64,000 nt of DNA from Eubacteriales bacterium (GCA_045546995.1 JAZQDW010000008.1:3253-67252); one strand, 5' to 3'. Shown: positions 18,683 to 26,916, counted from the stretch's first letter. Program-made: numbers and translations. Notes: a model not told the origin generated them from the letters alone.

Positions 18683-20788
18683 ATGTACGAAAATCACAAA
18701 ATTTTTAAAACTGTGTTTGCGGGCAGAGAGCTGGTCGTTGAGACCGGTAAGTTTGCCCAGCTGTCCAACGGCAGCGCCCTGATCCGTTACGGTAACTGCG
18801 TGGTGTTGGCCAACGCCACCGCCGCCGCCAAGCCCCGTGACGGTATCGATTTCTTCCCCTTAAGCGTTGATTTTGAGGAGAGAATGTATGCGGCCGGTAA
18901 GATCCCCGGCGGCTTCCTCAAGAGAGAGGGTCGCCCCAGCGAGAAGGCCATTCTGTCCTCCCGCGTCATCGACCGTTCCATCCGTCCCCTCTTCCCCAAG
19001 GATATGAGAAACGACGTCAGCGTACACCTGACCGTTATGAGCACCGATGACGACGCCATTCCCGAGATCGTGGGTATGGTGGGCGCTTCCATCGCGCTGT
19101 CCATTTCCGACATTCCCTTCGCCGGACCCATTTCCGGTATCAGCGTGGGTCTGATCGACGGTGAGTACGTATTCAACCCCGACGCCGCCCAGAGAGAGGC
19201 CTCTCAGATGGCCGTTACCGTTGCTTCCTCCGCCCAGAAGGTCACCATGATCGAGGCCGGCGCCAACGAGGTCGAAGAGGACGTGATGATCGAGGGTATT
19301 ATGGCCGGTCATGCCGAAAACGCCAAGATGGTCGAGTTTATCAACACCATCGTTGCCGAGATCGGTAAAGAAAAATTCACCTTCGAGTCCTGCGCTGTCA
19401 GCGAGGAGCTTTACGCCGCCGTTGCCGCCGCCGTGGGCGAGGATATCAAGGTTGCCTTTGACAACGCCGACAAGATCACCCGTGACAATCTGACCGCCGA
19501 GGCCTGCAAAAAGTGCCACGAGCTGCTGGATGAGCAGTATCCCGAGGATGGCGCTATGATCGACGAGTGCCTGTACAAGCTGCAGAAGATGACCGTTCGT
19601 CATTGGCTCAGCGAGGAGGGCAAGCGTGTGGACGGCCGTGGCATCAACGATATGCGTGAGCTGTATGCCGAGACCGACATTCTGCCCACCGTACACGGCT
19701 CCGGTTTGTTTGCCAGAGGTAAGACCCAGGTGCTCAGCATCGCCACGCTGGGTATGATCTCCGAGGAGCAGATTCTGGACGGTCTGGACAACGAGACCTC
19801 CAAGAGATATATCCATCATTACAATATGCCCGGTTTCACCACCGGTGAGGCCAAGCCCGTTCGTTCCCCCGGCCGTCGTGAGATCGGTCACGGCGCACTG
19901 GCCGAGCGCGCTCTGTTGCCCGTTATTCCCTCCGTTGAGGAGTTCCCCTATACCATCCGTGTGGTCAGCGACGTTCTGACCTCCAACGGCTCCACCTCTC
20001 AGGGCTCTATCTGCGGCTCTACGCTGGCTCTGATGGACGCCGGTGTTCCGATCAAGGCGCCCGTTGCCGGTATCTCCTGTGGTCTGATCACCCGTGAGGA
20101 CGGCAGCTTTATGACCATGGTCGACATTCAGGGTATCGAGGACTTCTTCGGCGATATGGACTTTAAGGTCGCCGGTACCAAGAAGGGTATCACCGCCATT
20201 CAGATGGACATCAAGGTGGACGGTCTGACCCGTGAGATCATTACCGAGGCCATTCATAAGACCCGTGACGCCAGATATCACATTTTGGACAACGTCATCG
20301 CTCCCGTGATTTCCGAGCCTCGCGCCGACGTTAAGGAGTGCGCTCCCAAGGTCATCACCATGAAGATCGATCCCGAAAAGATCCGTGAGGTCATCGGTTC
20401 CGGCGGTAAGGTCATCCAGAAGATCGTTGCCGACACCGGCGCCAAGATCGACATCGAGGACGACGGCAGCGTATTCATCGCCGCCACCGAAAAGGCTTCC
20501 GCCGACGCCGCCAAGGCCATCATCGACGGCATCGTATTCGAGCCCGAGGTTGGCCAGATCTACAAGGCCACCGTCGTGAAGATTATGGAATTCGGCGCAT
20601 TCGTTGAGTTTGCGCCCGGCAAACAGGGTCTGGTACACGTTTCCAAGCTGGACACCAAGCGTGTAGAGCGCGTGGAGGATCTGCTCACCGAGGGTGACGA
20701 GATCATGGTCAAGTTTATGGAGGTCGACTCCAAGGGCCGTTACAACCTGTCCCGCAAGGACGCTCTCCTGGAAATGCAGGGCAAATAA
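18683..20788 (+). CDS. pnp: polynucleotide phosphorylase
   Basis: 701 aa. Two RNase PH domains plus KH and S1 (…GSGGKVIQKI…, …GQIYKATVVKIMEFGAFVEF…). The rpsO-pnp synteny is classic. Confidence 0.97.
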   Translation: MYENHKIFKTVFAGRELVVETGKFAQLSNGSALIRYGNCVVLANATAAAKPRDGIDFFPLSVDFEERMYAAGKIPGGFLKREGRPSEKAILSSRVIDRSIRPLFPKDMRNDVSVHLTVMSTDDDAIPEIVGMVGASIALSISDIPFAGPISGISVGLIDGEYVFNPDAAQREASQMAVTVASSAQKVTMIEAGANEVEEDVMIEGIMAGHAENAKMVEFINTIVAEIGKEKFTFESCAVSEELYAAVAAAVGEDIKVAFDNADKITRDNLTAEACKKCHELLDEQYPEDGAMIDECLYKLQKMTVRHWLSEEGKRVDGRGINDMRELYAETDILPTVHGSGLFARGKTQVLSIATLGMISEEQILDGLDNETSKRYIHHYNMPGFTTGEAKPVRSPGRREIGHGALAERALLPVIPSVEEFPYTIRVVSDVLTSNGSTSQGSICGSTLALMDAGVPIKAPVAGISCGLITREDGSFMTMVDIQGIEDFFGDMDFKVAGTKKGITAIQMDIKVDGLTREIITEAIHKTRDARYHILDNVIAPVISEPRADVKECAPKVITMKIDPEKIREVIGSGGKVIQKIVADTGAKIDIEDDGSVFIAATEKASADAAKAIIDGIVFEPEVGQIYKATVVKIMEFGAFVEFAPGKQGLVHVSKLDTKRVERVEDLLTEGDEIMVKFMEVDSKGRYNLSRKDALLEMQGK

Positions 20789-20789
20789 T

Positions 20790-20873
20790 CCGGCCGGCAA
20801 AAAGCACGACCGACCGCGAAAATGAATCATAAAAGGGAAGAATGTTTCATCACAAACGTTCTTCCCTTTCTGC
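20790..20873 (+). repeat. 84-bp direct repeat, copy 1 (includes the pnp terminator hairpin)
   Basis: CCGGCCGGCAAAAAGCACGACC...ATCATAAAAGGGAAGAA.GTTTCA.CACAA.CGT.CTTCCCTTT recurs at 21004-21086. Confidence 0.85.
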
Positions 20874-20880
20874 TTTTATT
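20832..20880 (+). terminator. pnp terminator; copy 1 of a recurring hairpin family
   Basis: AAAGGGAAGAATGTTT-catcac-AAACGTTCTTCCCTTT (16-bp stem including one G-U pair) followed by a T-rich tract. Confidence 0.75.
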
Positions 20881-21003
20881 GTTCTACAAAAAGCAGGTTG
20901 TTTTGCCTGCGGCAAACTTTTCGCTTTCCGTCGCTCCGCCCTCTACCGTACAAACGTACGCCGACGAGGTCGGATCGGCGAAATCTGCCGCCCTTTTTCC
21001 CAG

Positions 21004-21086
21004 CCGGCCGGCAAAAAGCACGACCCACCGAGAAAACAAATCATAAAAGGGAAGAACGTTTCAACACAAGCGTCCTTCCCTTTTTT
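21004..21086 (+). repeat. 84-bp direct repeat, copy 2 (its 3' part is the outer end of the left long inverted repeat)
   Basis: Hand alignment with 20790-20873 shows a few substitutions and one 1-nt indel. Confidence 0.85.
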
Positions 21087-21240
21087 AGTGAAATTTTTGC
21101 ACCTTTGGTGCAAAAGTGAAATACTGCCTTGCGGCAGTGTGAAATCCGCCATTTTACGCGGCGCACAAAACAGCGGATGAAATGATCTCGCCACCCAAGC
21201 GGCTCGATCGTTTCGGAAACCTTTTGCCCTGCGGGCAAAA
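21045..21240. repeat. left arm of an approximately 197-bp imperfect inverted repeat (IR-L)
   Basis: The reverse complement of 22044-22241 aligns along the whole length. It consists of a hairpin-family copy, then GTGAAAT-plus-hairpin modules, then ...GATGAAATGATCTCGCCACCCAAGCGGCTCGATCGTTTCGGAAACCTTTTGCC... Confidence 0.9.
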
Positions 21241-21256
21241 ACAAACAGGATTTCGC

Positions 21257-21391
21257 TCATTCGTTGGTCAGTTCGTCCTTTTCTGCGTTGATATACAGTT
21301 CTTCGCAACGGCGCTGTGCCTCGATCAGCAGGTTGATAGCCTCCTCGGCGGCATTCATCATAATAAAATACATTTGCTTGTAATCTTCCAT
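21257..21391 (-). CDS. small hypothetical protein (44 aa), below the ORF-track size cut-off
   Basis: Hand translation gives MEDYKQMYFIMMNAAEEAINLLIEAQRRCEELYINAEKDELTNE. A GGAGGA sits about 5 nt upstream of the ATG. It is predicted all-helical and is divergent from the RHH gene. Confidence 0.45.
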   Translation of the reverse strand: MEDYKQMYFIMMNAAEEAINLLIEAQRRCEELYINAEKDELTNE

Positions 21392-21500
21392 ATCGTCCTC
21401 CAAATAGATATAAATTAAACACATTATGTGTTCAATTTGTAATTATAACACATTTTTTATCTAAAATAAACACAAATTATGTTTATTGAGGAGGCAAATT
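21392..21500. promoter_or_regulatory. AT-rich divergent promoter/operator region with three AACACA-containing repeats
   Basis: AACACATTATGTGTT (palindrome, 21418-21432), ATAACACATT (about 21445-21454) and TAAACACAAATTATGTTTA (palindrome, about 21467-21485). This layout is typical of RHH operators. Confidence 0.45.
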
Positions 21501-21671
21501 ATGGCGATCAAAAGCTTGTCGATTCGTATAGAAGAAGAGCTGTTGCATAAACTGCACGTGGTATCCGATTACGAGGCTCGTTCTGCCAATTCTCAAATTT
21601 TGGTTTTGATTCGGGATTGCGTGGAGCGGTACGAGGCAAAGCACGGCAAAATCGAACTGGATAAAAAATAA
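21501..21671 (+). CDS. ribbon-helix-helix (Arc/CopG-like) DNA-binding protein
   Basis: 56 aa from MAIKSLSIRIEEELLHKLHVVSDYEARSANSQILVLIRDCVERYEAKHG. The pattern fits a beta-strand followed by two helices. GAGGAGG lies 7 nt upstream of ATG 21501. The ORF-track start at 21486 is an extension. Confidence 0.7.
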   Translation: MAIKSLSIRIEEELLHKLHVVSDYEARSANSQILVLIRDCVERYEAKHGKIELDKK

Positions 21672-21700
21672 CCGTTGATCTTTTTCGAAACCAACTTAAC

Positions 21701-21741
21701 AAAAAAGGTGTTTGTCCTTTTGCAGGGCAAACACCTTTTTT
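21701..21741 (+). terminator. terminator of the RHH gene
   Basis: GGTGTTTG...CAAACACC hairpin followed by TTTTTT. Confidence 0.7.
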
Positions 21742-22032
21742 GTAACCGAAAACCACGCGATCGTCGCGTGGCCCGATAGAGCTTTGGCGATGAGCAGGAA
21801 AAAGAACGGTCTGAATAAGGAGCAGAGGGCAACTTGTGCCTCGCCTCCCTCTGACGAGGGAGGTGGATTTTTGCGTAGCAAAAAGACGGAGGGAGAGAGG
21901 ATAAGGGCAGAATGAGAAGTTTCGTTATCTCTCCCTCAGTCCTCGCTGACGCTCGGACAGCTCCCTCGTCAGAGGGAGCCAAGGCAGGCTGTGCAGCCCA
22001 TTTATGGGCAGCCAGTAATCAATGAACGGCCT
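21741..22032 (+). repeat. 292-bp hairpin-rich interspersed element, copy A
   Basis: Hand alignment with 33473-33764 shows about 11 substitutions and no indels (about 96% identity). Internal hairpins include CCACGCGA-tcg-TCGCGTGG, CTCCCTC-tgac-GAGGGAG, GAGGGAGAGAGGATAA...TTATCTCTCCCTC and CTCCCTC-gtca-GAGGGAG. Confidence 0.9.
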
Positions 22033-22043
22033 GTTTCAATCAG

Positions 22044-22241
22044 CTTTTGCCGGCGGGCAAAAGGTTTCCGAAACGATCGAGCCGCTTGGGTGGCGAGATC
22101 ATTTCATCCGCTGTTTTGTGCGCCGCGTAAAATAGCGGATTTCACACTGCCGCAAGGCAGTATTTCACTTTTGCGGCCATCGCCGCAAAAACTTCACTAA
22201 AAAAAGGGAAGAGCACTTGTGATGAAGCGTCCTTCCCTTTT
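22044..22241. repeat. right arm of the approximately 197-bp inverted repeat (IR-R), ending in hairpin-family copy 3
   Basis: It is the reverse complement of IR-L with scattered substitutions, including paired stem substitutions that preserve a hairpin. Confidence 0.9.
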
Positions 22242-22344
22242 CTAATGAATAGTGAATCGTTATGGATGGTTTTGATGACAATTTACATTGCTTTAAGGAT
22301 TATTATGTGATATTATAAGACCAAAAGCAAGGAGGGAACGCTTT

Positions 22345-23673
22345 ATGTCATCTTATAAACGCAGAAAAACACCGGGCAATACCGATTGGTTTGTCCGTGA
22401 CCGTTTTGGAATGTTCATCCACTTCGGGCTGTATGCCATGCCGGCGCGTCACGAGTGGGTCAAGTCCAGAGAATTTATTTCCGAGGAAAAATACGACGTA
22501 TATTTCCGTAATTTCAATCCCGATCTTTTTGATGCCAAAGAATGGGCGCGCACGGCCAAGGCCGCGGGTATGAAATACTGCGTGTTGACCACCAAGCATC
22601 ACGAAGGCTTTTGCCTGTTTGACACCAAGTACACCGATTATAAGATCACCAATACACCCTTTGGTCGGGATCTGGTGCGGGAGTACGTGGAGGCCTTCCG
22701 CGCCGAGGGGCTGAAGGTGGGATTTTACTATTCCCTCCTTGACTGGCATCATCCCGATTACGTCATCGACGCTCGCCATCCACTGCGCGGTCATCCTGAC
22801 GGTGCGGCACTGGATGCAGGGCGGGATATGAAGAAATATGCAAAGTATATGCGCGATCAGGTAAGAGAGTTGATGACGAACTACGGCAAGATCGACATAT
22901 TGTGGATGGACTTCACCCCCGCCGCAAAACCCAATATGCCCGACTGGATGCGTAACGGCGGCGCCAAGAATAAGGAGATGTGGGAGAGCGAGGCGCTCAT
23001 TAAGATGGTGCGCGAGCTACAGCCCGGCATCATCATCAACAATCGCGCCGATCTGGAACAGGATCTCTGGACCCCCGAGCAGTATCAGCCCCGTGAGTGG
23101 CAACGCCATAAAGAGACGGGGGAACTGGTCACTTGGGAGGCCGGCCAGACCTTTTCCGGCTCCTGGGGATACTACCGTGACGAGCACAGTTGGAAGAGCC
23201 CCGAAATGCTGATCGATATGCTTACCAACACCGTTTCCTGTGGCGGCAACCTCATTATGAACGTGGGTCCCACCGCCCGTGGTTATTTTGACCACCGCGC
23301 CGTAGAAGCACTGGGGGCTTACGGCGAGTGGATGAAGTACAACAGTCGCTCCATCTACGGTTGCACCATGGCAGAGCCCGGCTTCCAGGCGCCCGAGGGC
23401 ACCGTGCTGACCCAAAGCGAGGATGAAAAACGGCTCTATATCCATCTGCAGACCTATCCGTTCGGCACGCTGCGCTTGCACGGCGTTGCCAAAGAAGACG
23501 TTGAATACGTCTGCTTCCTCTCCGACGGTAGCGAGATCACCTATCAGGATCGTCTGATGAACGACGGTCTGACGGTGGATGCATTCGGAACAGAGGAGAA
23601 GAGCATTTTGCTAAAGCTTCCCACCATCCCACCCAAGGGGTTGCGGCCGGTCATTGAGGTTATTTTGAAATAG
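22345..23673 (+). CDS. alpha-L-fucosidase (GH29)
   Basis: 442 aa. Shows WF..DRFGMFIHFGLYA...KYCVLTTKHHEGFCLFDT...YYSLLDWHHPDY, a typical GH29 catalytic domain. Confidence 0.85.
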   Translation: MSSYKRRKTPGNTDWFVRDRFGMFIHFGLYAMPARHEWVKSREFISEEKYDVYFRNFNPDLFDAKEWARTAKAAGMKYCVLTTKHHEGFCLFDTKYTDYKITNTPFGRDLVREYVEAFRAEGLKVGFYYSLLDWHHPDYVIDARHPLRGHPDGAALDAGRDMKKYAKYMRDQVRELMTNYGKIDILWMDFTPAAKPNMPDWMRNGGAKNKEMWESEALIKMVRELQPGIIINNRADLEQDLWTPEQYQPREWQRHKETGELVTWEAGQTFSGSWGYYRDEHSWKSPEMLIDMLTNTVSCGGNLIMNVGPTARGYFDHRAVEALGAYGEWMKYNSRSIYGCTMAEPGFQAPEGTVLTQSEDEKRLYIHLQTYPFGTLRLHGVAKEDVEYVCFLSDGSEITYQDRLMNDGLTVDAFGTEEKSILLKLPTIPPKGLRPVIEVILK

Positions 23674-23678
23674 CAAAG

Positions 23679-23720
23679 AAAAAAGGAAGAATGTTCGTGA
23701 TGAAACATTCTTCCTTTTTT
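23679..23720. terminator. bidirectional terminator; copy 4 of the hairpin family
   Basis: AAAAAAGGAAGAATGTT-cgtgatga-AACATTCTTCCTTTTTT is a perfect stem lying between convergent genes. Confidence 0.75.
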
Positions 23721-23730
23721 GATGATGGAT

Positions 23731-24507
23731 TTAGTATTTCAGTCGCTCTGCGGGGATTTCGGGGTACAGCTGGACGTTGTTACCGCCGTCCACGATCAGT
23801 TCGGCGCCGGTGGTATTGCGGCTTTGGTCGCTGCCCATATACCAGGCGGCGTTGGCCACGTCCTCAAACTCGGCGATATCCCCGATGGGGGTGTAATTGG
23901 ACAGAGCGTTGCGGCAATTATTATAGTTGGTTTCCCAACGCACGGTTTTGATCATACCGGGAAGTACGCAGTTGACACGGATGCCGTATTTGCCCAGATC
24001 CACTGCCAGCGCGCGGCTCAGGGACAGGATGCCGCCCTTGGAACAGCTGTAGGCGGCGCGGGAGGGAATGGCGCGATAGGCGGTGTTGGAATTGATAAAC
24101 ACGATGGCGCCCTTGCCCTTTTCCTTCATTTGCAGGGCGGCCTCACGGGCCAGCATAAAGTTCCAACCGATGTTGGTGTTGATCACGTCCATAAAGTCTT
24201 TGATATCAACGCTTAAGGTGTCCTGCGCAATGCCCAGATTGGCGGCGTTGCACACCAAGGTGTCCAGCAGATAGCCCTTCTGGCGAATGTCGGCAAAGGC
24301 GGCCTTTACCTGCGCTTCGTTATAGCCCTCCAGCTCGTAGCCGTAGCAATTCCGGCCCGTTTCGGCGGCCAATTTGGCGGCGGCCTCTTCGGCATCCGAT
24401 CGGCGACGGGAAGAGATAAATACGTCGTAGCCCTCCACGGCAAACCGTTTGGCAATGGCATATCCGGTGCCGTTGGTGGCGCCGGTAACAAGTACGCAAG
24501 GATTCAT
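23731..24507 (-). CDS. SDR-family oxidoreductase
   Basis: 258 aa with TGATNGTGYA (cofactor motif), NAA and YSCSK (YxxxK). Confidence 0.85.
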   Translation of the reverse strand: MNPCVLVTGATNGTGYAIAKRFAVEGYDVFISSRRRSDAEEAAAKLAAETGRNCYGYELEGYNEAQVKAAFADIRQKGYLLDTLVCNAANLGIAQDTLSVDIKDFMDVINTNIGWNFMLAREAALQMKEKGKGAIVFINSNTAYRAIPSRAAYSCSKGGILSLSRALAVDLGKYGIRVNCVLPGMIKTVRWETNYNNCRNALSNYTPIGDIAEFEDVANAAWYMGSDQSRNTTGAELIVDGGNNVQLYPEIPAERLKY

Positions 24508-24704
24508 GGGAAAAACGCTCCTTTATTTCAAATTTGCTTTCATTATACAATAAAAACCTCTGAATTTTGAGATTTTTAACGGTGTTTTTAAAGATTTTCT
24601 ATTTAAAAGCCATCTTTTTTCGGTTTTTGGTGAGAGGATTGCCGCCGTCAAACGTATAAGAAGTGAAAAGCATGGATTGTATGGCAAAAAGGAGGCTGAC
24701 AGTT

Positions 24705-25733
24705 ATGAAGAAAACCATTATATGGATCGTATGGATGGTATTGTTATTTGGTTGTACTGCCTGCCGCCTTCCCGCCGATGAGGAGCCGGGACCGGCGAAA
24801 GCGGCGCAAAACCGCCCACAGCAAATGGCTGCCCTGCATAACGACACGGAACCGCCGACCGCGCCCATCGTTGACAGCAAAATTTCCGTCGATACAAAGG
24901 CTGCTGCCGTGGAAAGCAACGATACCGCCGAAAAACGCCCCGTCGGGCAGATGATCAGCTCGGCGCAGCTTGCAGGGCCTGCCCCTACGGCTCAAACGCA
25001 TACGGAAACCGCGGGAAAACGCGGCAATCATGCCGCGCTGTGTGATCCGGTAGCGCCGGAGATGGACTGTCGTATTTTGTTGTATCATCATTTTACCCAG
25101 ACCGCGCCGTCCAAGAAAAAATATTCGGTGATCACAACGCCGCAACGGCTGGAAGAAAATATTAAATATCTGTTGGAGCAGGGCTATACGATCATACCGT
25201 TGCAAGCCTTGGTGGAATATCACCGCGGTACCCGTACACTACCGCAAAAGACCGTGGTGTTGACCATGGACGACGGGTATGAAAGCAATTATACGCTGGC
25301 CTATCCCGTTTTGCAAAAATATCAGGTGCCGGCCACGATTTTTGTGGTTGCTTCCTCGATGAACAGCGGCAACAAAATGAGCTGGGAACAGATGCGTGAA
25401 ATGGAGCAAAGCGGTCTGGTGGATATTCAGTCGCATTCCATCAGCCACTTTGATCATAGCGCCCTGCCGCCGGCGGAGGTTGCGGCGGCGGTGGAAGAAT
25501 CTTTTACGATCATCGAAAAAAATTTAGGGAAACGGAAATATCGGATGTTTGCCTATCCGTACGGAAAACATACCGATCAAACGGTGACGGCATTGCAGGA
25601 GCAAGGCGTCGACGTACAGCTGACTACCCAATATCGGGCGGTGGATCTGACGGCGCTTCGGCCGGAACGTCTGCCACGGCTCAACGTGGCCTATCATTCC
25701 AATTTGGAAACCCTGTTGCAATATACCCCCTGA
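24705..25733 (+). CDS. polysaccharide deacetylase (CE4) lipoprotein
   Basis: Signal/lipobox LLFGC and NodB motifs TMDDGY and HSISH. Start moved to MKKTIIW at 24705, which has AGGAGG upstream. Confidence 0.8.
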   Translation: MKKTIIWIVWMVLLFGCTACRLPADEEPGPAKAAQNRPQQMAALHNDTEPPTAPIVDSKISVDTKAAAVESNDTAEKRPVGQMISSAQLAGPAPTAQTHTETAGKRGNHAALCDPVAPEMDCRILLYHHFTQTAPSKKKYSVITTPQRLEENIKYLLEQGYTIIPLQALVEYHRGTRTLPQKTVVLTMDDGYESNYTLAYPVLQKYQVPATIFVVASSMNSGNKMSWEQMREMEQSGLVDIQSHSISHFDHSALPPAEVAAAVEESFTIIEKNLGKRKYRMFAYPYGKHTDQTVTALQEQGVDVQLTTQYRAVDLTALRPERLPRLNVAYHSNLETLLQYTP

Positions 25734-25750
25734 CCCTCTCTCCTCCTGAA

Positions 25751-25798
25751 AAAGCGATCGCCCCGACCTGCGTTTTGTCAGTTCGGGGCGATCGCTTT
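25751..25798. terminator. bidirectional terminator
   Basis: AAAGCGATCGCCCCGA...TCGGGGCGATCGCTTT (16-bp stem) lying between convergent genes. Confidence 0.75.
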
Positions 25799-25800
25799 AT

Positions 25801-26904
25801 TTACAGTTTTCCGTGGGGTAGGGAGGGATCCATCGGCGCTTCTTTTTCAAAATGAGATGTCATAACGTAGGGGGTCCCTTTAGCGGCGCTCTCCAAAATG
25901 CCGGTCATGGCCTCCAGCACGTGGAAGGTCTGTTTGCTTGTGGTGCGTCCGGGCCGCCCCGTTTCAATGGCCACCGCCAGATCGTCCAGCCCCAGACAGC
26001 GGGAATTTTCGCTGTAATCAAAGGTGAGCGGATACGTTTCCTCGCTTTTGGTTTCACCGTTATAAAAAACGATTGCATCCGTTTGGCCGAAATAGTTGGG
26101 ATCGGGCACGAACAGGGTACCCTTGGTGCCGTAGATCTCAAATCGGTTTTGCTGTGTTTTGTATATGTCGAAGGAGGTCAGCAGCGATACGTTGATGCCG
26201 CTGTCCAGCGACAAAAACGCTTCAATGTGCGTGGGGGTGTTGACCTGTATGATCTCCCCTTCGTGGGGCGCGGCGGTAATGAGACGGGAGGGATAGGAGG
26301 TATGGGCATAGCCGTATACCTGACGAACGCCGCCCAACAGATTGATCAGCGCCGTGATATAATAGGGACCCATATCCAGCAAGGGGCCTCCGCCCCGTTG
26401 ATAGTAAAAATCCGGGTCGGGATGCCAGCTTTCCACCCCGTGGGAGGCCATCACCAAACGGCCGCCGATGGGTTGGCCGATCACGCCCTCTTCGATCAAT
26501 TTGCGGCAGGTCTGAATGCCCGCTCCCATAAAGGTATCGGGCGCGCCGCCGATGAGCAAACCCTTCTCTGCCGCCAGGGCCACCAGCTCCCTGCCTTCGG
26601 CCAGATCGGCGCCCAGTGGCTTTTCCGAATAAACGTGCTTGCCTGCAAGTAGCGCCGCTTTGGAAACGGCGTAATGCTGATAGGGACGGGTGAGATTGAG
26701 CACCACGTCGATCTCGGGATCGGCAAACAGTTCTTCCATGGTGTCGTATAACTTGGGAATGCAGTATTTTTCCTGCGCTTTTTCGGCGCGCTCCCGGATC
26801 AGATCGCATACCGCCACCAGCTCCACGTCCCGGAATACTTCTTTAAAATTTTTTAGATAGATGCCGCTTATGCAACCCACACCTACCATACCGACTTTAA
26901 GCAT
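25801..26904 (-). CDS. Gfo/Idh/MocA-family oxidoreductase
   Basis: 367 aa with an N-terminal Rossmann motif (KVGMVGVGCISG) and the EKP motif (YSEKPLG). Confidence 0.85.
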   Translation of the reverse strand: MLKVGMVGVGCISGIYLKNFKEVFRDVELVAVCDLIRERAEKAQEKYCIPKLYDTMEELFADPEIDVVLNLTRPYQHYAVSKAALLAGKHVYSEKPLGADLAEGRELVALAAEKGLLIGGAPDTFMGAGIQTCRKLIEEGVIGQPIGGRLVMASHGVESWHPDPDFYYQRGGGPLLDMGPYYITALINLLGGVRQVYGYAHTSYPSRLITAAPHEGEIIQVNTPTHIEAFLSLDSGINVSLLTSFDIYKTQQNRFEIYGTKGTLFVPDPNYFGQTDAIVFYNGETKSEETYPLTFDYSENSRCLGLDDLAVAIETGRPGRTTSKQTFHVLEAMTGILESAAKGTPYVMTSHFEKEAPMDPSLPHGKL

Positions 26905-26916
26905 AGCTTTTCTCCT

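Larger units (their letters stand above)
21045..22241. mobile_element. candidate non-autonomous IR-bounded cassette (no transposase) carrying a 2-gene module and a 292-bp repeat
   Basis: About 197-bp inverted repeats flank about 800 bp of cargo. Calling it mobile is inference only. I could not define a clean target-site duplication. Confidence 0.3.

Noticed and set aside
18860-20830. 656-aa ORF antisense to pnp
   Set aside because: It is codon-aligned with pnp on the opposite strand. Its composition is low-complexity and G/D/L/V-rich, and it has no RBS. pnp itself is unambiguous. The open frame follows from pnp avoiding TTA/CTA/TCA codons.
21087-21180. CRISPR-like array suggested by the repeated GTGAAAT units
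   Set aside because: The repeat unit is only 7 nt, the intervening segments are hairpins of unequal length rather than spacers, and there are only 3-4 units. The whole block is mirrored as an inverted repeat, and no cas genes are present.
21593-21982. ORFs spanning the repeat elements (20943-21422, 21593-21982, 21712-21915, 33403-33714, 33444-33776, 21991-22200), including a minus-strand frame open in both copies of the 292-bp element (MAPSDEGAVRASARTEGE...)
   Set aside because: The minus-strand frame starts at TTG with no RBS and has an R/S/P-rich low-complexity sequence. Substitutions between copies are mostly non-synonymous. The plus-strand frame is truncated by a stop in one copy only. 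I treat all of them as translations of structured non-coding repeats.
21840-21985. Possible hammerhead ribozyme, because CTGACGAG occurs on both strands of the 292-bp element and CGAAAC occurs on the minus strand
   Set aside because: The CTGACGAG strings are just the loops and 3' arms of CTCCCTC/GAGGGAG palindromes. I could not build a stem II or stem III geometry linking CUGANGA to GAAA, nor a cleavage-site triplet in the right place.
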